DNA of 64,000 bases. Origin: Lama glama. Its lineage: Eukaryota. Below the pieces are notes generated by a model. That model did not search any database, was not told the origin of the DNA, and worked only from the letters and a program-made list of their open reading frames with translations. The position numbers were made by a program, and so were the translations under genes. The stretch spans positions 41,232,001 through 41,296,000 of the forward strand of contig CM052817.1 of NCBI GenBank assembly GCA_028534125.1, in the 5' to 3' direction. Shown in pieces: positions 45,778-59,209 of this stretch. Within the stretch, counting starts at the first letter, position 1. Each line of letters starts with the position of its first letter.

Positions 45778-48184
45778 TCTCTGGGTGGTGGTTTTGCGCA
45801 TGACAATGAGTTTGCAAAAATTCTATACAGTTTCTAACGTGGCAGACACATCAAGGTGAAACTCCCGAAAAATTTTTCCTCAAGTGATATTACGCTTAAA
45901 AAATGGGATTCTAAGGCTATTCAAACACAAAGCTTCCAGAGAACGAGTTCCTGTTCTCATACACACCTCTTGCTTTAATGTCCAGATATGCCAGAGGTTT
46001 ACACCGTGTGCTCGCTTACCTGGAAATCGTTTACCGTCTCCCTCTCGGTGCCGTCCGTGTGTGCGGGTGCAGCACATTTGTCACTGCCATGGCCGGATGG
46101 GAGCGTGGGCGAGCACAAGCGTGAACTGCACCAGGCCATGTCGGCATGTATGTAGGTGTGGATTCAGGAGGTGATCTGTCGGGGCACGCCCGCCGTGAAT
46201 TCCTCCCTCAGCAGCAGGCTTTGAGCAGGGGCCTGGAGGGAGCCTGCCAACAAGCTGGGCTTGCTAGGGAAGGAAGCGAGCCCCTTTCACAATCTGAAGT
46301 GCCCCTTGTTTCTAAGAACACAGGCCCGGGTTCCCCAGGGGTGGCCGGCCTTTTATCTAACAAAGAGCATCATCAGAAGAGGGTTGTCCTGCCTTTGTCT
46401 TTGAGGATTTCCAGCTTTCCCTCTCCACTTGACCTGGCTCTAGCACTGTGCCCCTTCCTCTCCCCTTCCTCACCCCTCTCATACCCCAGCACGTTTACTC
46501 CTTTCTGTACTTCCTTTTTCCAACTGCCCACCTGCCTCCTGCGCTTAGAATCCTGAGGAAGCACAGCGCAGGGTTGGAAGCGGAGTTGCTAAACTACGTA
46601 GGAACGTTGGGCTGTAGATGATTGACATTCTCTCCCTTCAGCCTGGGTGCACTGTTTACCCTGTGGGCTGTCTGCACAAAAGACTCTGCCTCTGTTCCAA
46701 ACACGTCTTCCTGTTGTGCTGGAGAGTGCACAACTGGGGATGGAAAAGAGGGCTAGGCTCATTCTCCTTGGAGCTGAAGGTTCAAAGGAATTCCTGAATT
46801 CGCTTCCTGGGGAAAAAAATGTGCTTAGTGACCTGGAAACTAACTAAACATAAAACTCGAAGATATTCTGATGGTGGCTCTATTAGCTTTACCCTTAAGA
46901 CATTTTTCAAAAGAAAAACTTTGGTCAGACTTGGGCTTCTAGAGTTTTAATAGAAAAAGGAGCGGGGCACTTCCTGGCTAAATCAAGCCAAAGTATTTTT
47001 TCTGGGTTTGAATGATTAGGTAATTGCCTCAGTTCTCTGCTTCATGTAATCAAGGTCACTGTACTCAGTGCTAACAGAAGAGATGCTGGGGTCTGAGGTT
47101 TATGTATTCAAACTTCGCAGGTTAGGAAATTTCATTCAAAACTAACAAGTAAGTCTGGCTCCATGCAAAATAGACCCGAAATCAAAATAAGCCTTAATTC
47201 TGTACTATCAACTCCTCTTAAAGGATGCTTTATTCTTTCCTTTCCTTTCCTTTTTTTTTTTCTTTTCTTTTGTTTAATTTAATGCAATGAGGAAACTCCT
47301 AGGTAGCCGATTCCCACTTCAGAGCTAGCAGGCTTCAGCAGGCTTAAATCCCACTCCACCAGCCTGAAACCCAACTTCCTTTCTCTACAGTGTGAGCTGA
47401 TAAGCGATGAAACATGCCAGTGTCTGTGCTCACCTTTGGACAGCAAGAGGCAACTGTCTTCCAATATTGTTAACAGAATACTTCAGTTCAAAAGTGCACA
47501 TAGTCCAATGTTTTAGGACTTCTAGTTAATGGTTTATGGAACATGATTTGGAGAATTAAAAAGAAGGGAACCAATATTTCTCGGAATAAGCAGGGAAATT
47601 ATGTTTTCCCTGAAGAGTGCCCAATCAGTGGGTTTTCTACCATGAAATCAAGTTTGCATTCTTTCCCTCTTTCCACCTACGCTGCTTGGAGAAAATGAAA
47701 GCATGAAATCATGTTTCTCTGGATGAATCACTGTGGGAAAGTAAGTTCAACAGAGTGTGTTGTCAACTTGGTTGAGACCTGGCAGTTGGAGGACGGTGGG
47801 CTTTGTTCAATTTTTTTGCAATGCGATTATGGAATCGCGTAAGTGCAGGGAAGCCGCATAGGGAGTTAACGTGCTCAGTTCAGATGTGTTGGATCCACGA
47901 GCGAGCCAGGTGTCAGTCTGGGTATTGCAGGGTCATGGGTTTTTATTATATTGGGGTTAAATAAATCTCAAATGTCCCCCTGTGATATCTGGACTTTGGA
48001 ATTGAGTATAAATTTAAGTGATTCTGATCCATTTTCATGGGTGGTACTATCCCCAGAGATCAGCAAAGGACATCCAAAGTGCTAAGGGCTTTGTTTTTAT
48101 TATGATTATGAATTAGATTAACACTCCTCTGCATTTAGTGGTACACAGGTGATAATCATGGCAAGAAATCCGTCTTTAATACTG

Positions 48185-48420
48185 ACTGGTATATATAAAA
48201 TAGATCAACAAGTTTATGCTGTGCAGCACAGGGAAACATTCAATATCTTGTAGTAGCTCACGGTGAAAATGAATATATGTATATTCATGTATGACTGAAG
48301 AACTGTGCTGTACACCAGAAATTGACACATTATAAACTGACTATAACTCAATTTAAAAAAATGTGATAAGTAAAAAAAAATCCATTTAAAAATAATATGA
48401 AAATCCATCATTAAAAGAAA
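48185..48420 (+). mobile_element. Short L1 3' end
   Basis: atataaaatagat..gcacagggaa..tcaatatcttgtag...tgtgctgtacaccagaaattgacacattataactgactata. Confidence 0.85.
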
Positions 48421-49618
48421 AACTGGGACCAATATTGTTTAGGGTCATGGGATAAGTTTGATAAACTCTGTGAGGGCATTAGGTGAAGAATATGAGAATG
48501 ATGGGCTAAATCTCACTCTCCTCAGATTTGGGGGGCTTTGGGGGAATCTTCCCCACCTTTCTGACTTCAGTGTCCTCATCTGTAAGTAATGGGTCTAGAC
48601 CAGGTGACATGCAACGGCCATTCTGATCTGCGGGTCTGTGGTTTGGCAAAGCACTTTCTTAGCTTTCTGGACCAAAAGGTGAATCAGTGAGTAGATACAG
48701 CATCCTGCATTTGTGCCTCCAAACTTCCCCAAACTTCCCCTCTTCCTGCTGGACTCTTTTGTGTTTTGTTTGCTGTGTTTGAAGAGGGAAGGGATAAGAG
48801 GCTAACTGCTATCTGACTGGAGACAAAGAAGAGATAAAGGCCCAGCTACACCATCCAATCCTGTTCACCATACAACAGGACAGAGTTCCTTATGGTAAGG
48901 AGTGATTGCTACCCAGACTGGAAACCAGAAAACGCCCTACGTACAAGGTCAGTTGTATGATTTCAAAGGTGCTAGAATAAGAAAGCACAGCTTCTAGAGA
49001 CTACGAAAAGACTTTGTTGTGTAGACTTTGTTGTGCAGACAACATCTTTGCTGTGGCAGCTGTTGGAATCGTGCTGGTTTATGCAGATAAAATCACAGAG
49101 AAAGTGACTATTCACACCTAGTCATTTACAAATGAGTCACTCCTTGGCTTAGATCAGGCTCAGACAAGTGGTGATCAGGGCCCACTTCTGCATTTTGTCA
49201 ACTTTCATTTCTAGAAAATGATTAGGAACCACCTCTGAAGACCGTCCAGACAGTGGTAAACTGCTGAATTTGCCACACTTTGTACAGGAAGTCCCACACA
49301 GAAGGAGACCGGCAAGGACACAGACCAGTCCCGTGAGGATGGATACCTTCTCTCTCTGAGCTACAAGTGCTCCCTGAATCCTAGTCCAAGAAGACCTCTG
49401 CGAAAGAGAGAAGGTCAAAGGAAGAAAAAGACAAACAGCTCAGAAGAGGGGGAAAACTCTGAAGGGATATGTAAATAGCAGGGCTTTGGCAAGTGGGAGA
49501 GTTTAAAGAGGAGGTGTGACATTCGCGGTGTCTGAGCTTCTGAAATACTCAAACATTCAAGATCTAATAAGAAAAGAACGAAGCAAGGAAGTCTGTTCTC
49601 TTGAAAAACTACAAACTA

Positions 49619-50195
49619 TGAGCTACTGAAACGGGTATGAAATGGAGCAGGACCCTGTGGGATCCTCACAGGTGCAAATCCTTCCCGTGCCCCCTCTTCT
49701 TGTTTGCAGGAAATAGGCTTCATGTCTCCTCGACCTTCCGACCTTCCGTGAGCTCCAAAGGGCAGGTTCAAACAGTTGCTAATCAGAGAAGGGAGGGAAT
49801 GCAGAAACATGGACAGTGCAGTCAAGAAACAATAGTGCAGCCCTGGGGCAGGGTCTTGGTTCCTCCTCAAAGAATATACATAACAATATCTTTGAGTTCT
49901 TCTGCGGGAACTAAGGCCCCCACCCAGGTGGAGGATGGTAACTTCAGACCCAGCACGAGATTCCTGGAACCTCATCATCAACCAATCAGTAGAAAGTCAC
50001 ACACCCTGCAGCCCTCACCCCAAAATTCGCCTAAAGAAACTATTTCCTGAAAACTATCAGAGAGTTCGGGTCTTTCAAGCACAAGCCACTCGTTCTCCTT
50101 GCTTGGCCCTGCAACAAACCTTTCTTTGCTCCAAACTCCAGCGTTTTAGTTTGGCCTCACGGTGTGTCAAGCACACAAATTTTTGTTTGGTAACA
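49619..50195 (+). mobile_element. Solo ERV1 LTR, MER41-like cetartiodactyl family
   Basis: ~575 bp ending GGTAACA; motifs aaacagttgctaatcag..agtcaagaaacaatagtgcagcc..ggggcagggtc..ataacaatatctttgag recalled from bovine/porcine MER41-type LTRs; CCAAT at ~49982. Confidence 0.7.
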
Positions 50196-51529
50196 GGTAT
50201 TAGGTAAATGAATAGAACTAGATATCTATGAAGATTATTTTCAATTACACTAATTTACTGAACTGACTCCAAAAAATAAAGCTTATAAAGTTCTGGAAAC
50301 TAGGCATCACGCACCCTTCTCCACCTACTCAAAACTGATCAAGGCCTTTGTGCAGAGCAAAGAAGAGCTGGCCGGAGGGCTTGCTTTCTCAGCCAGGTCA
50401 GACCAGGACAGGAAATAAGGCCAACCCACGGGGTTCCCAAGTGCCCCTTTCAAAAGGCTCAAAAATTGTTAAATTTTTTTTTTTTTCAGAATATGCTCTT
50501 GGCTTACAGATAAATCCAGCCCTGCTGTGATGGCCAGGCACAATGGAATAGATGGAAACCTTTGGCTCTGCTCTTCAGTTTCGTAAGAATATTATAAGAT
50601 ATTCTTATAAATAGAATTTCCTATGTTCAGAGAGTCCAGAGCATGGTGCACACTGCTCTTTGGTTTATCTCGAGTTATTTTCTGCAGCCTGTACTCTCAA
50701 CATGGAATGAGCCTGAAGGCAGTTTTTCTCCACCTCTAGCCCTAGGTGGAGGCTGTTGGGCCTTTAATTCTCAGACTCTTTTTTTTTCCCAGTGGAACCA
50801 TCAGTTCTGCGGTGATGAAGGAGGGGTTGTTTTGAGACTGTGAAGACTGGCCGCTTCTTTCAGCACAATTACCAGGTGCTGTTGAGTCTACAGAGTCTCT
50901 TTGCTTTCACAGAGCGCAGTCACTTATCCTTGCCTGGAAGGGGCCTGGTCCCCGGGAGGTTAGTCACGCACCCTAGAGGAGAGGGGATGAATGCAGGAAA
51001 CAGCCTTGTCAATCACAGACACACTTTCTCCAGTATGGCTGGTTCCGTCCCAGCTCCCACCCCACCTCCTTAACACACTCTGCTCCCTGGAGTTTCCCCT
51101 CACTCCTGCCTCCAAATCAAGACGTGCATTTCTTCAGGGTCTACTGATCTTAACTAGCAATTTGAAGGTTTAATTTTGTCAGTCTAACTTATACTATTGT
51201 GTGATTGACTGAGAATCATTTCATGTTGGCTTCCTAGCTGGTGGCGTTTTAGGGCATAGAGTACAATTTTAAAATTTAGGCAGTGAGGGGGAAAATGTGG
51301 ACAAGAGGACCTTATAGAGCTGTCAAATAAAAGAGCTTTAAAGGTTTTGCCAAATGAGTGATTCATTGAGCCATCGGGCTGGTTAGTGAGAGGCCTGGGA
51401 CCAGAAGCACAGTCTAGGACTGTCCCCCGGCACCAGGCGGGTTCACTGCAGAGCAGACTGGCCTTCCTGGGACTGCCTAGGTTCCTGTCCTCAGCAACTC
51501 ATGGCGTTTTCAGCTGTTCCAGCGCTTTT

Positions 51530-51758
51530 GTTTTTTGGTTTTGATTTTGTTTTATATATATATATTTTTTTAATTGAAGTATAGTTGATTTACAATGTTG
51601 CATTAGTTTCTGGTATACAGCATAGTGATTCAGGAATATATATTTCTTTTCCTATTCTTTTCCATTAGAGGCTGTTACAAGCTATTGAGCATAGTTCCCT
51701 GTGCTATGCAGTAAGACCTTGTTGTTTAACTATTTCATATATAGTAGTGTATATCTAT
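51530..51758 (-). mobile_element. Short L1 3' end
   Basis: ttgaagtatagttgatttacaatgttg..ttagtttctggtatacagcatagtgattcag...agttccctgtgctatg. Confidence 0.85.
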
Positions 51759-52829
51759 TTCAGAACTTTTGAATTCACAGATTCTCTACTTGTCAAGAAA
51801 AAAATGAAAAAAGATCTCACTGAAGACTTACTGAGTCTGCTACACACTGTGCTGAATGCGGAGATACCGAGGTGAGGCTGAGACCCAGCACCTGCGCTGA
51901 AGGAGTTCACCTTCCCCTGAGACTGCCTGGTGGTGCAACCGGTGCTGGGCGGCGTGCCCCCTTGGTGCCCCCAGACATCCTCTATTCTTAGATAATTGGC
52001 TTGGGAGATCAGAGAGCTTTTCGTGGTGGATGCAAATCTGAGATTTTATGAATGTTTGCCTGGGGATTTCCTACTGCGTTTGTGTACAGGGCTGGGCAGC
52101 CACGTGCGGATGCATCATTTTGTCCTGTGCTGGAGGAGAAGGCGGATGACTGGGGACTGAAATCCAGCCCCCAGCTGTGCATGAAGCCTGCATCATGGCA
52201 GCCTGCGCCCAGAGGAAGGGTGCTTTATTGTAATTCATCCTCCTTAAGGGGTGATCTCTTCCTGCTTGGCTCCTGATATGCTGGCAGAAGCCTTGCAAAA
52301 GAGCACAAACAATGTGGTCCACTCAGAGAACCACCTAGCCTTCACTGTGGCTGAGTTAGGGTTTAAGCCGAGCCTTGAGAGGTCATCAGGATCCAGAGGG
52401 AGCAAATATTGGAGATCTGTGCTGAGAAATTGTACTTCATCCTAGAAGTCTGTGTGGAGCCCCTGGAGGACTTTCAGCAGTGGGGGGACAAGGTCAGGCA
52501 GAGGTGCATTTTAGCAAGGAAACACTGGCTGCTAAGCAGAAGATAAAATGGTGTTGAGGGGAGGGGTGGGGTGGATGGGGAGATGAGACGGCGGGGATGA
52601 GGGTTGGGGGGGACCTTAAGAATAACTTAGAGGGACTGGGTGAAAGATTCTTGTCTTAGACCAGACAATTAGTTAGGAGGGTCTCAGCCAAGACCGGAAG
52701 ATAGAGAGGAGGAAAGAGATTCCTAAAATGTTAAGAAGGCAGAGATGAGAGCCCTGGGGAAAGACGACTCACAGTGTGGGCGCCCTTGAGGATGGAGAGG
52801 AGCTAAGGCTGGGGGGAAGCAGGTGTCTG

Positions 52830-53290
52830 TGTCATGGGCTGAATTGTGTCCCCCGAAAAGATGTGTTGGAGTCCTGATCCCTAGGTTAGTAGCTGCATGC
52901 TAGTCCTGGCCCCAGGACCTCAGAACGTCACCCTGTTTGGAGAAAGGCTCTTTTCAGAGGTAATCAAGTCAAAGTGAGATTATTAGTGTGGTCCTAAAAC
53001 AATATGACTGGGTGTCTTTAAAAAGGGGGAAATGCAGACACAGAGACAGACATGGACACAGGGAGAAGGCCACATGGAGATGGAGTTAATGCTGCCACAA
53101 CCCAAAGAACTAGTAGGAGTTAGGAGAGAGGCAGGGAGCAGTTCCTTCCTGAGCATCTTCAGAGGGATCAGAGCCGTGGGGATGGCTGCATCTCAGACTT
53201 CTGGCCTCTGGGCCTCATAGGCAATACATTTCTGTCGTTTAAGCCACTCTGTTAGTGGTACTTTGTTACAGCAGCCCTAGAAAATTAACA
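52830..53290 (+). mobile_element. MLT1 (ERVL-MaLR) solo LTR with 5-bp TSD
   Basis: TGTCATGGGCTGAATTGTGTCCCC...gtggtactttgttacagcagccctagaaaattAACA; TSD GTCTG at 52825-52829 and 53291-53295. Confidence 0.88.
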
Positions 53291-54454
53291 GTCTGCCTCT
53301 TTATGATTCAATTATGTATTAGTTGGAGTCTAGTAAAGAGGAGGCTTATAAAGGAATTAGGTAATGCTTCCTACACTTTACCTTGAACTGTAGAATGACA
53401 ATCATTCTGTTTTATTAACAAACGTCCTTTTAAGTTTCCATACTTTATTACCTTCAGTTGTATCCACCTAAATCAATGTAAGATGAATAGGGAACTTGAA
53501 CTGTTCACACACATCAGTGAATGCTACTAAATACATATCATGGAAATTGGTGTGACCCAGTCCCGAGGTCTAACCATGGTGGGTCAATGGTAGAGTCAGA
53601 AAGGACTCTGGAGAAAGTAATACATCTCTCATTTAACAGATGCATACCCCAAAGTCCATAGGATTTATGTGACCTTGGGCTAGCAATCTGACAAAATGGT
53701 GACAAAATTTTTTAATATCATTTTTATTAAGGACAGTGTATTAATGTCTTAGGGCTAGAAGTTAAGTTTTCATCGCTTGATCTGCAGTCAGTTCTTTCTC
53801 CTTATACTCCGGGTTCAATGCTGAACTTCTCTTTGAACTGAACTGGTCTGAGGCCACCCTTGGTTTTTGAATGCAGGGGTTAAAAGTCAAATGATCCAAG
53901 ACTCTCTAGTTTGCTGTAGTTCAGAAAAGAGACATAATAAAGATAAAAAGAACTGTATAGGAGAGCAAACACTAAGTAAATGTAAAGAAAAAAAAATTTC
54001 GTTTTGAATCTGTCTCACCGGCTACTTCTCAGGGTCCTTTCCTGCTGCCTTTCAATCTCAAAACATTGGATCACCCCAGGGATCTGGGATGCCTTTATTT
54101 CCATTCACTGCAGAGGTGACTTCATTCAGTCCTGTTGCTTGAAAATCCTCTCCTACACTGTGACTTCCCCATTTGCAGCTGTAGGCCTTCTTCTCAGAGG
54201 TGGATTTACCTCAAAGCTTCACCTTTAGGACCTCTCACTAGAACAGCCTCTTCTAAGACCTGTACCTAATTTTGTATTGAGTCTTGAATTCTTTATCTCA
54301 AAGAAGCTTCCCCTAAAATTATAGAAATGTTTGCTCCCACAAGCCTTGATCCACCTCTTGCTGACTCCTGGACCTCAGGCTTGTACATTCCACCTCCACT
54401 TGGAGGGCCATGTCCAAAAACCAAAACCAAAAAAACTCCTGATTTTCTCATCAG

Positions 54455-54844
54455 AAGTAGTTACGGGTGCTAGTCACCAAATATTTCCACCTCTCGGATT
54501 CCCAGGCATGTGGAAGGTTTGCATTTCTCATCATCTTCTTTGAAGTTAGACAGAGCTCTGTGATGTCTTTGATAAAATGTGAAGGGAAGTGACTTCACTT
54601 CCCAGCAGGAGCTTTAGAAGCCAGAGTACAATTCACTCTGCTCCCTTCTGACTGCTGTGGTGATGGAGGAAGAGGGTCAGGATGAAGCCTCAGGCCCCTG
54701 GGAACCCCTGGGTACTCTGAGCAGAGCTCCCTATCAACCAGCAAGAGATGTGCACTATGAGTGGGGGACAGATTTTTGTGGGTGAATCCAGTGAAACTTG
54801 GGGGTATGTTTGTTACTGCAGCATAACCATAACTGACTAATGCA
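54455..54844 (+). mobile_element. MLT1 (MaLR) LTR, older subfamily
   Basis: gaagggaagtgac..cacttcc...ggtatgtttgttactgcagcataacc..ctgactaatgca. Confidence 0.7.
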
Positions 54845-55456
54845 CTCCCCAAATCTGGACCTCTGCTCATCTTTCCCTCTCAGTAAACTCCCATTCAGTC
54901 TTCTGGGTTGCTCAGGTCAAATCACTTGGCCTCATCCTTGATCCCCCTTTCTTTCACTGCACATCAATAGTCCTGTAGATGGCACTGCCAAATACATCTA
55001 GAAACTGACTACTCTCACTCATCATTTCCACCACATCTGCCATGCCAAGACACCGTCATGTTTTGCTGGATTATTGCAGCAGTCCCAGTCTCTTGCCTTC
55101 CTATGGCCTCAATGCCACACACCAGCGAGGGTGGTGGTTTAGAACACAAGTCCCTATGCCACCCACATCATTATTCATTTTCCTGTCATGATTTCACATC
55201 GCACTCAAAGTGAAATCTAAGGTCCTGTAAGATGTAACCCTGCTGTTTCTCCAGCCTCCTCTCCCACCGCCCTCCCCCTTGTCACTCAGATCCATTCTCA
55301 CTCTCCTTATCAGTCTTCACACACACCAAAGCTTGTCCTAACCATTCCCTTGGCCTGGAGCACTCTTCCCCAGACATCCCCGTAGCTCATTCCCGCCTGT
55401 TTGTCAGCTCTGCTCAGAAGTCTCCTTCTCAGTGAGCCTTCTGACTAATCCTCCTT
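54845..55456. mobile_element. L2 fragment interrupted by LTRs
   Basis: gctcaggtcaaatcacttggcctcatccttga...ctggattattgcagcag...ggcctggagcactcttccccagacatcc resembles L2. Confidence 0.6.
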
Positions 55457-56378
55457 TGTGATACTGTGCTTTATAAACAATAACTATATGTTAGGACTTT
55501 GTTCCTAATTCTGGCACACAGCTCCTAAGCCCTTGGAACTTCCTAAGTGATGAGAGCGATAAAGGTGTCTTTTGTTGGAGAGAGGGTATCTCTCAGTGTT
55601 ACAGTGCATAGCATGCACGAGGTCCTGGGTTCAATCCATTCACTTCCATTAAAAAGAAAAAGAAGAAGAGAATTATAAAAAAATTTATCTTTTGTTGGAT
55701 TAATGAGGTGAATTTTGGACCAAACCTTAGGATGCGTTCTGGTTGCCAGGAGAACCAATCATGAACCAACCATGTGATTAGAGGGTTGGAACTTTTAGTC
55801 CCACCCCACTGACCTCAGGGGAGGGGAGAGGGTCTGGAATTTGATTCAATCACCAATGGCCAATGATTTGATTAATCATACCTATGAAAGAAAGCCTTCA
55901 TAAAAATCCAAAAGGAAGGAGTTCAGAGAGCTTCAGAGACTGGTGAACACGTGGAGATTCGACGATAGTGGGTTGCTTTAAGGGGACATGAAAGCCCCTG
56001 CCTTTCCTTAAACCTTACCCTGGGCATCTCTTCCATCTGGCTGTTGCTGAGTTATACCCTTTTGCAGTAAACTGGTAATCCAGTAAGTACATATTTCTTT
56101 AAGTTCTGTGAGTCACTCTAGTGCATTAATCAAAGCCAAAGAGGAGATTGTGAGAGTCTTCAATACATAGTCAGTAGATCAGAAGTACAGGTAACAACCC
56201 GGTCTTGCGACTGGCGTCTAAAGTGGGGGAGGCGGGCAGTCTTTCAGGACTGAGACCTTAACCTGCGGGGTCTGACTCAGAATCCCGCTGAATTGTAGGA
56301 CCTCCAGCTGGTTTTGGAGAATGGCTTGGTGGGGTGAGAACACCCCCTCCACACACTGAATCGGTGATCAGAATTGTT
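55457..56378 (+). mobile_element. MER21-like LTR containing a nested SINE
   Basis: TGTGATACTGTG...ctggcacacagctcctaagcccttggaacttcctaagtgat...ggttgccaggagaaccaa..catgtgattagagggttggaactt...gagtcactctag. Confidence 0.75.
55577..55685 (+). mobile_element. Vic-1-like SINE nested in the MER21-like LTR
   Basis: gagagggtatctctcagtg..gcatgcacgaggtcctgggttcaatcc + A tail; TCTTTTGTTGGA duplicated at 55568-55579 and 55688-55699. Confidence 0.82.
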
Positions 56379-56710
56379 TCCCTTAAGCAGCAACCTCTTC
56401 CCTGATGCGTTAGTTTCTAGTAACATGTACCGAGCTTACTGCTACACGCTGGGTTCTCTGCTAAACCCTCGACAGCAACAAACCCATTTACTTACAACTA
56501 TCCTATGAAATGGAAACCACTACTATTCTTACTGAAGGGGTATAGAAACTGGCATAGAAATGCTAGAAACTTAAATTTAATGTCATGAATACTGGTGAGT
56601 GGCACAACTCAGATCTGTGTCAGACTCTAAATTCATGTTCTTAATTGCTATGCAGTTTGGTCCACAGATTAGGATGGTTTTGAAGACATATGAAAACTTG
56701 ATTTTGGAAT

Positions 56711-56905
56711 TTTTTTTTTTTGAAGTATAGTTGATTTACAATGTTGTGTTAGTTTCCGGCGTACAGCATAGTGATTCAGTTATACAAATATATAAATATA
56801 TATATTTTTCATTATAGGTTATTATAAGATATTGAATGTAGTTCCCCAGGCTATACATTAGAACCTTGTTGTTTATGTGCTTTATATAAAGTCGTTTGTA
56901 TCTGT
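56711..56905 (-). mobile_element. Short L1 3' end
   Basis: Poly-T, tgaagtatagttgatttacaatgttgtgttagtttccggcgtacagcatagtgattcag. Confidence 0.85.
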
Positions 56906-59050
56906 TGGAGATTTTTTAAATAAGTACTCATGTCTTCCTACTGGTGAACAAATTCAGACCTTTCACAGCACAGAATTCAGAGCCTGCTGAACAATGATGC
57001 CCACAGAGTGTGGATTAATGTCAGTGTTGCCAGGATGCAGGTTTCGGGTGGATGGCAGCCCCTGACTCTGTCCTGGGCTGCTCTCATTTTTATCAGCGTG
57101 AAGATCGAAAAAGTTACAAAACTGATATTCAAAACTTTTCTGTTTTGCTGCAATAACAAATTAAACCAAATCAGACAAAGCTTGACAGACTTAAGTGAGG
57201 TTCAAAACTCACCCGTGCAAATTCAAGTGGAGAAAATGGGTCTCACCAGGGTTCATGTAAAGGGCCCTCGTGATTTAAACTGAGCTCTCTCTCCACTGGA
57301 CCAACAGTGTGATGTCACATAGGTGTTTTTAGCAGCCATCTCCATCTCACTGAGCAAGTCCTGCATCCAGATGGAGGAAGACTGGAGGCCTGTCACCCAC
57401 TGGGCTGCCAAACCACATCTGTTGACTTCATCCTATTGTTTTTAGTTCTGAGGCTTCCAGAGGGACATTCATAAACCCGGCAGCACCAAGAAGACAGCGC
57501 TAAGGACAGTGAAGGTTTAGGGATCAGAGCCACGTGAGACTTTGGCTGGACCCAGGGCTGTTAAGCCTGAAGGGAAGACTTGGTGGAGAATAACCACTGT
57601 CAGAAGACTTTAGCCCATCGTGTAAAAGGGAAGAATAGAGCCAAAAAGTGAAAATTACAAAGAGGCAAATTTCAAGTCAAGGTAAAGAATTTTCTAATCA
57701 ATATATATGTTCTGTGTCCCTTATGGTGACAGGAGACATCCCCACGGAGAGTCATAGGACCATACCCTTGCCTTCAAGGCGCTCACTGACCGTATGCAAG
57801 AGCGTTTGTTGACTTATAAATGTTGACCTGCTTAAATGGAACCTTTGAAGTTGCGGCAGACGTCAGCAGTGGTGCAGAGGACAAGGGACTGACTCTCTCT
57901 CCTCAGGTGTTCAGGGAAACTTCCCAGAACTGATAATTAAGTGTGACCTAGAAGCTCAGGTATGAAATTTGCAGGGGGACCCATGCAAAGGACGAAGGAC
58001 GTATTCCCAGGAGAAAGCAGGAAGGGAGTTCGGGATGTCACAAAAGGAAGGGAAGAACCCAAGCAAGGTGCCATTTCGGGTGAAGTCCCAGATCCAGCCC
58101 GAGCTCTGGAGCTTAAATGACTCCTCAGTGTTTGTCCTTCTTGAAGTAAGAGCTGAGCTTTTGTGCTTCCACACTGGTTTGTCGCTGGAGGTGGGGGACC
58201 CTGATGGGAGAGCAGGGGGAGGGGATAAAACTCCAGGGCGAATTGGAAACAGGCAGGGCATCTCCAGGGTCTGGGATGCCGGGAGTGGGACGCCCCCGGC
58301 AGCGCGGGCAGCAGGTGGAGGAAGGGTGTGAGACGTGGTTAAAGGGTCACACGTGGTGACGGGGATCTGGGTCTACACCGACAGTGTCTTCCCTCAGAGC
58401 CATGGAAGGGAGCGCCTTCTGGCAGAAGAACTGGCTGGATGAAGGTGCGAGAAATGAAGTGTGCTCAGAAAATACACCGGTGTTCCTCAGTGTGAAGGGC
58501 GACCAGAGCTCAAGGGGAGACAGGCCAGGGAGCTGGGCTGGCAGACTTTTGTGTTGCTAAGGGGGAATACATTCCAGCAGGCTCCAGGCAGGCAGGAATC
58601 GCAAGGAAATCTAAGAAAAAACTACTGTAGTGTGGCGACGCATCATGGAGGCTGATTCTGGAAGGTGATTCTGGATTCAGAGATGCCCTGGGGATCTCAC
58701 AGGAGTTAGTGGACGGCTGCTTTAGTTCTCTGGTGGATTTTCTCCACTTTTCCCGATTCAAAAACCCAGGGTTGAGACTCTCTTGGCCCAGATAAACAGC
58801 ACTGAGCAAAACTTTTGGGATCAACCCACTTCTTAATTTCCTGTGAAGCTTTGGGGAGGGACCTGACCCTGGTGCCCAACAGTGGGAGTGCGGGGCAGGA
58901 TGTCATAAGCCCCAGCGACCTGGACACATGTCACCAGATTAAAGGACTGGCGGCCATGGTACAGGTTCTGTGATTGGTCAGAATAAGCTTTCCAGGAGCC
59001 AGACGGAGAATATCATTGTATCATGATCCATGGCTGTGAAACCAGCCGCA

Positions 59051-59200
59051 CAGGACCAGGACTAGGGAGAGGGGAGTGAGGCGAGTGAGGCATCTCTGGT
59101 ACAAAATTTAAAGAGACTCACTCTCAGGGTCACTAGAGCACAAGTGAAGCCCTCCTTACATTTTGCACCCTGGCACCTCACTGACCTTACCCTAGTTCCA
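59051..59200. mobile_element. MER96-like palindromic hAT MITE
   Basis: caggaccaggactaggg..gaggcgagtgaggca..caaaatttaa / ccttacattttgcaccctggcacctcactg..ccctagttcc form inverted arms. Confidence 0.75.
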
Positions 59201-59209
59201 ATCTTTAGT

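Noticed and set aside
49009..49040. 14-bp tandem duplication AGACTTTGTTGTG(T/C), and similar short direct repeats at ~48719, ~61804 and ~63541
   Set aside because: Ordinary slippage duplications of 2-3 copies; not a CRISPR-like or regular array.
49616..50207. Overlapping 90-137 aa ORFs
   Set aside because: They lie within an LTR and show no gag/pol/env similarity.
50584..50607. Hairpin TAAGAATAT-N6-ATATTCTTA
   Set aside because: A 9-bp AT-rich stem; likely a local duplication with no supporting context.
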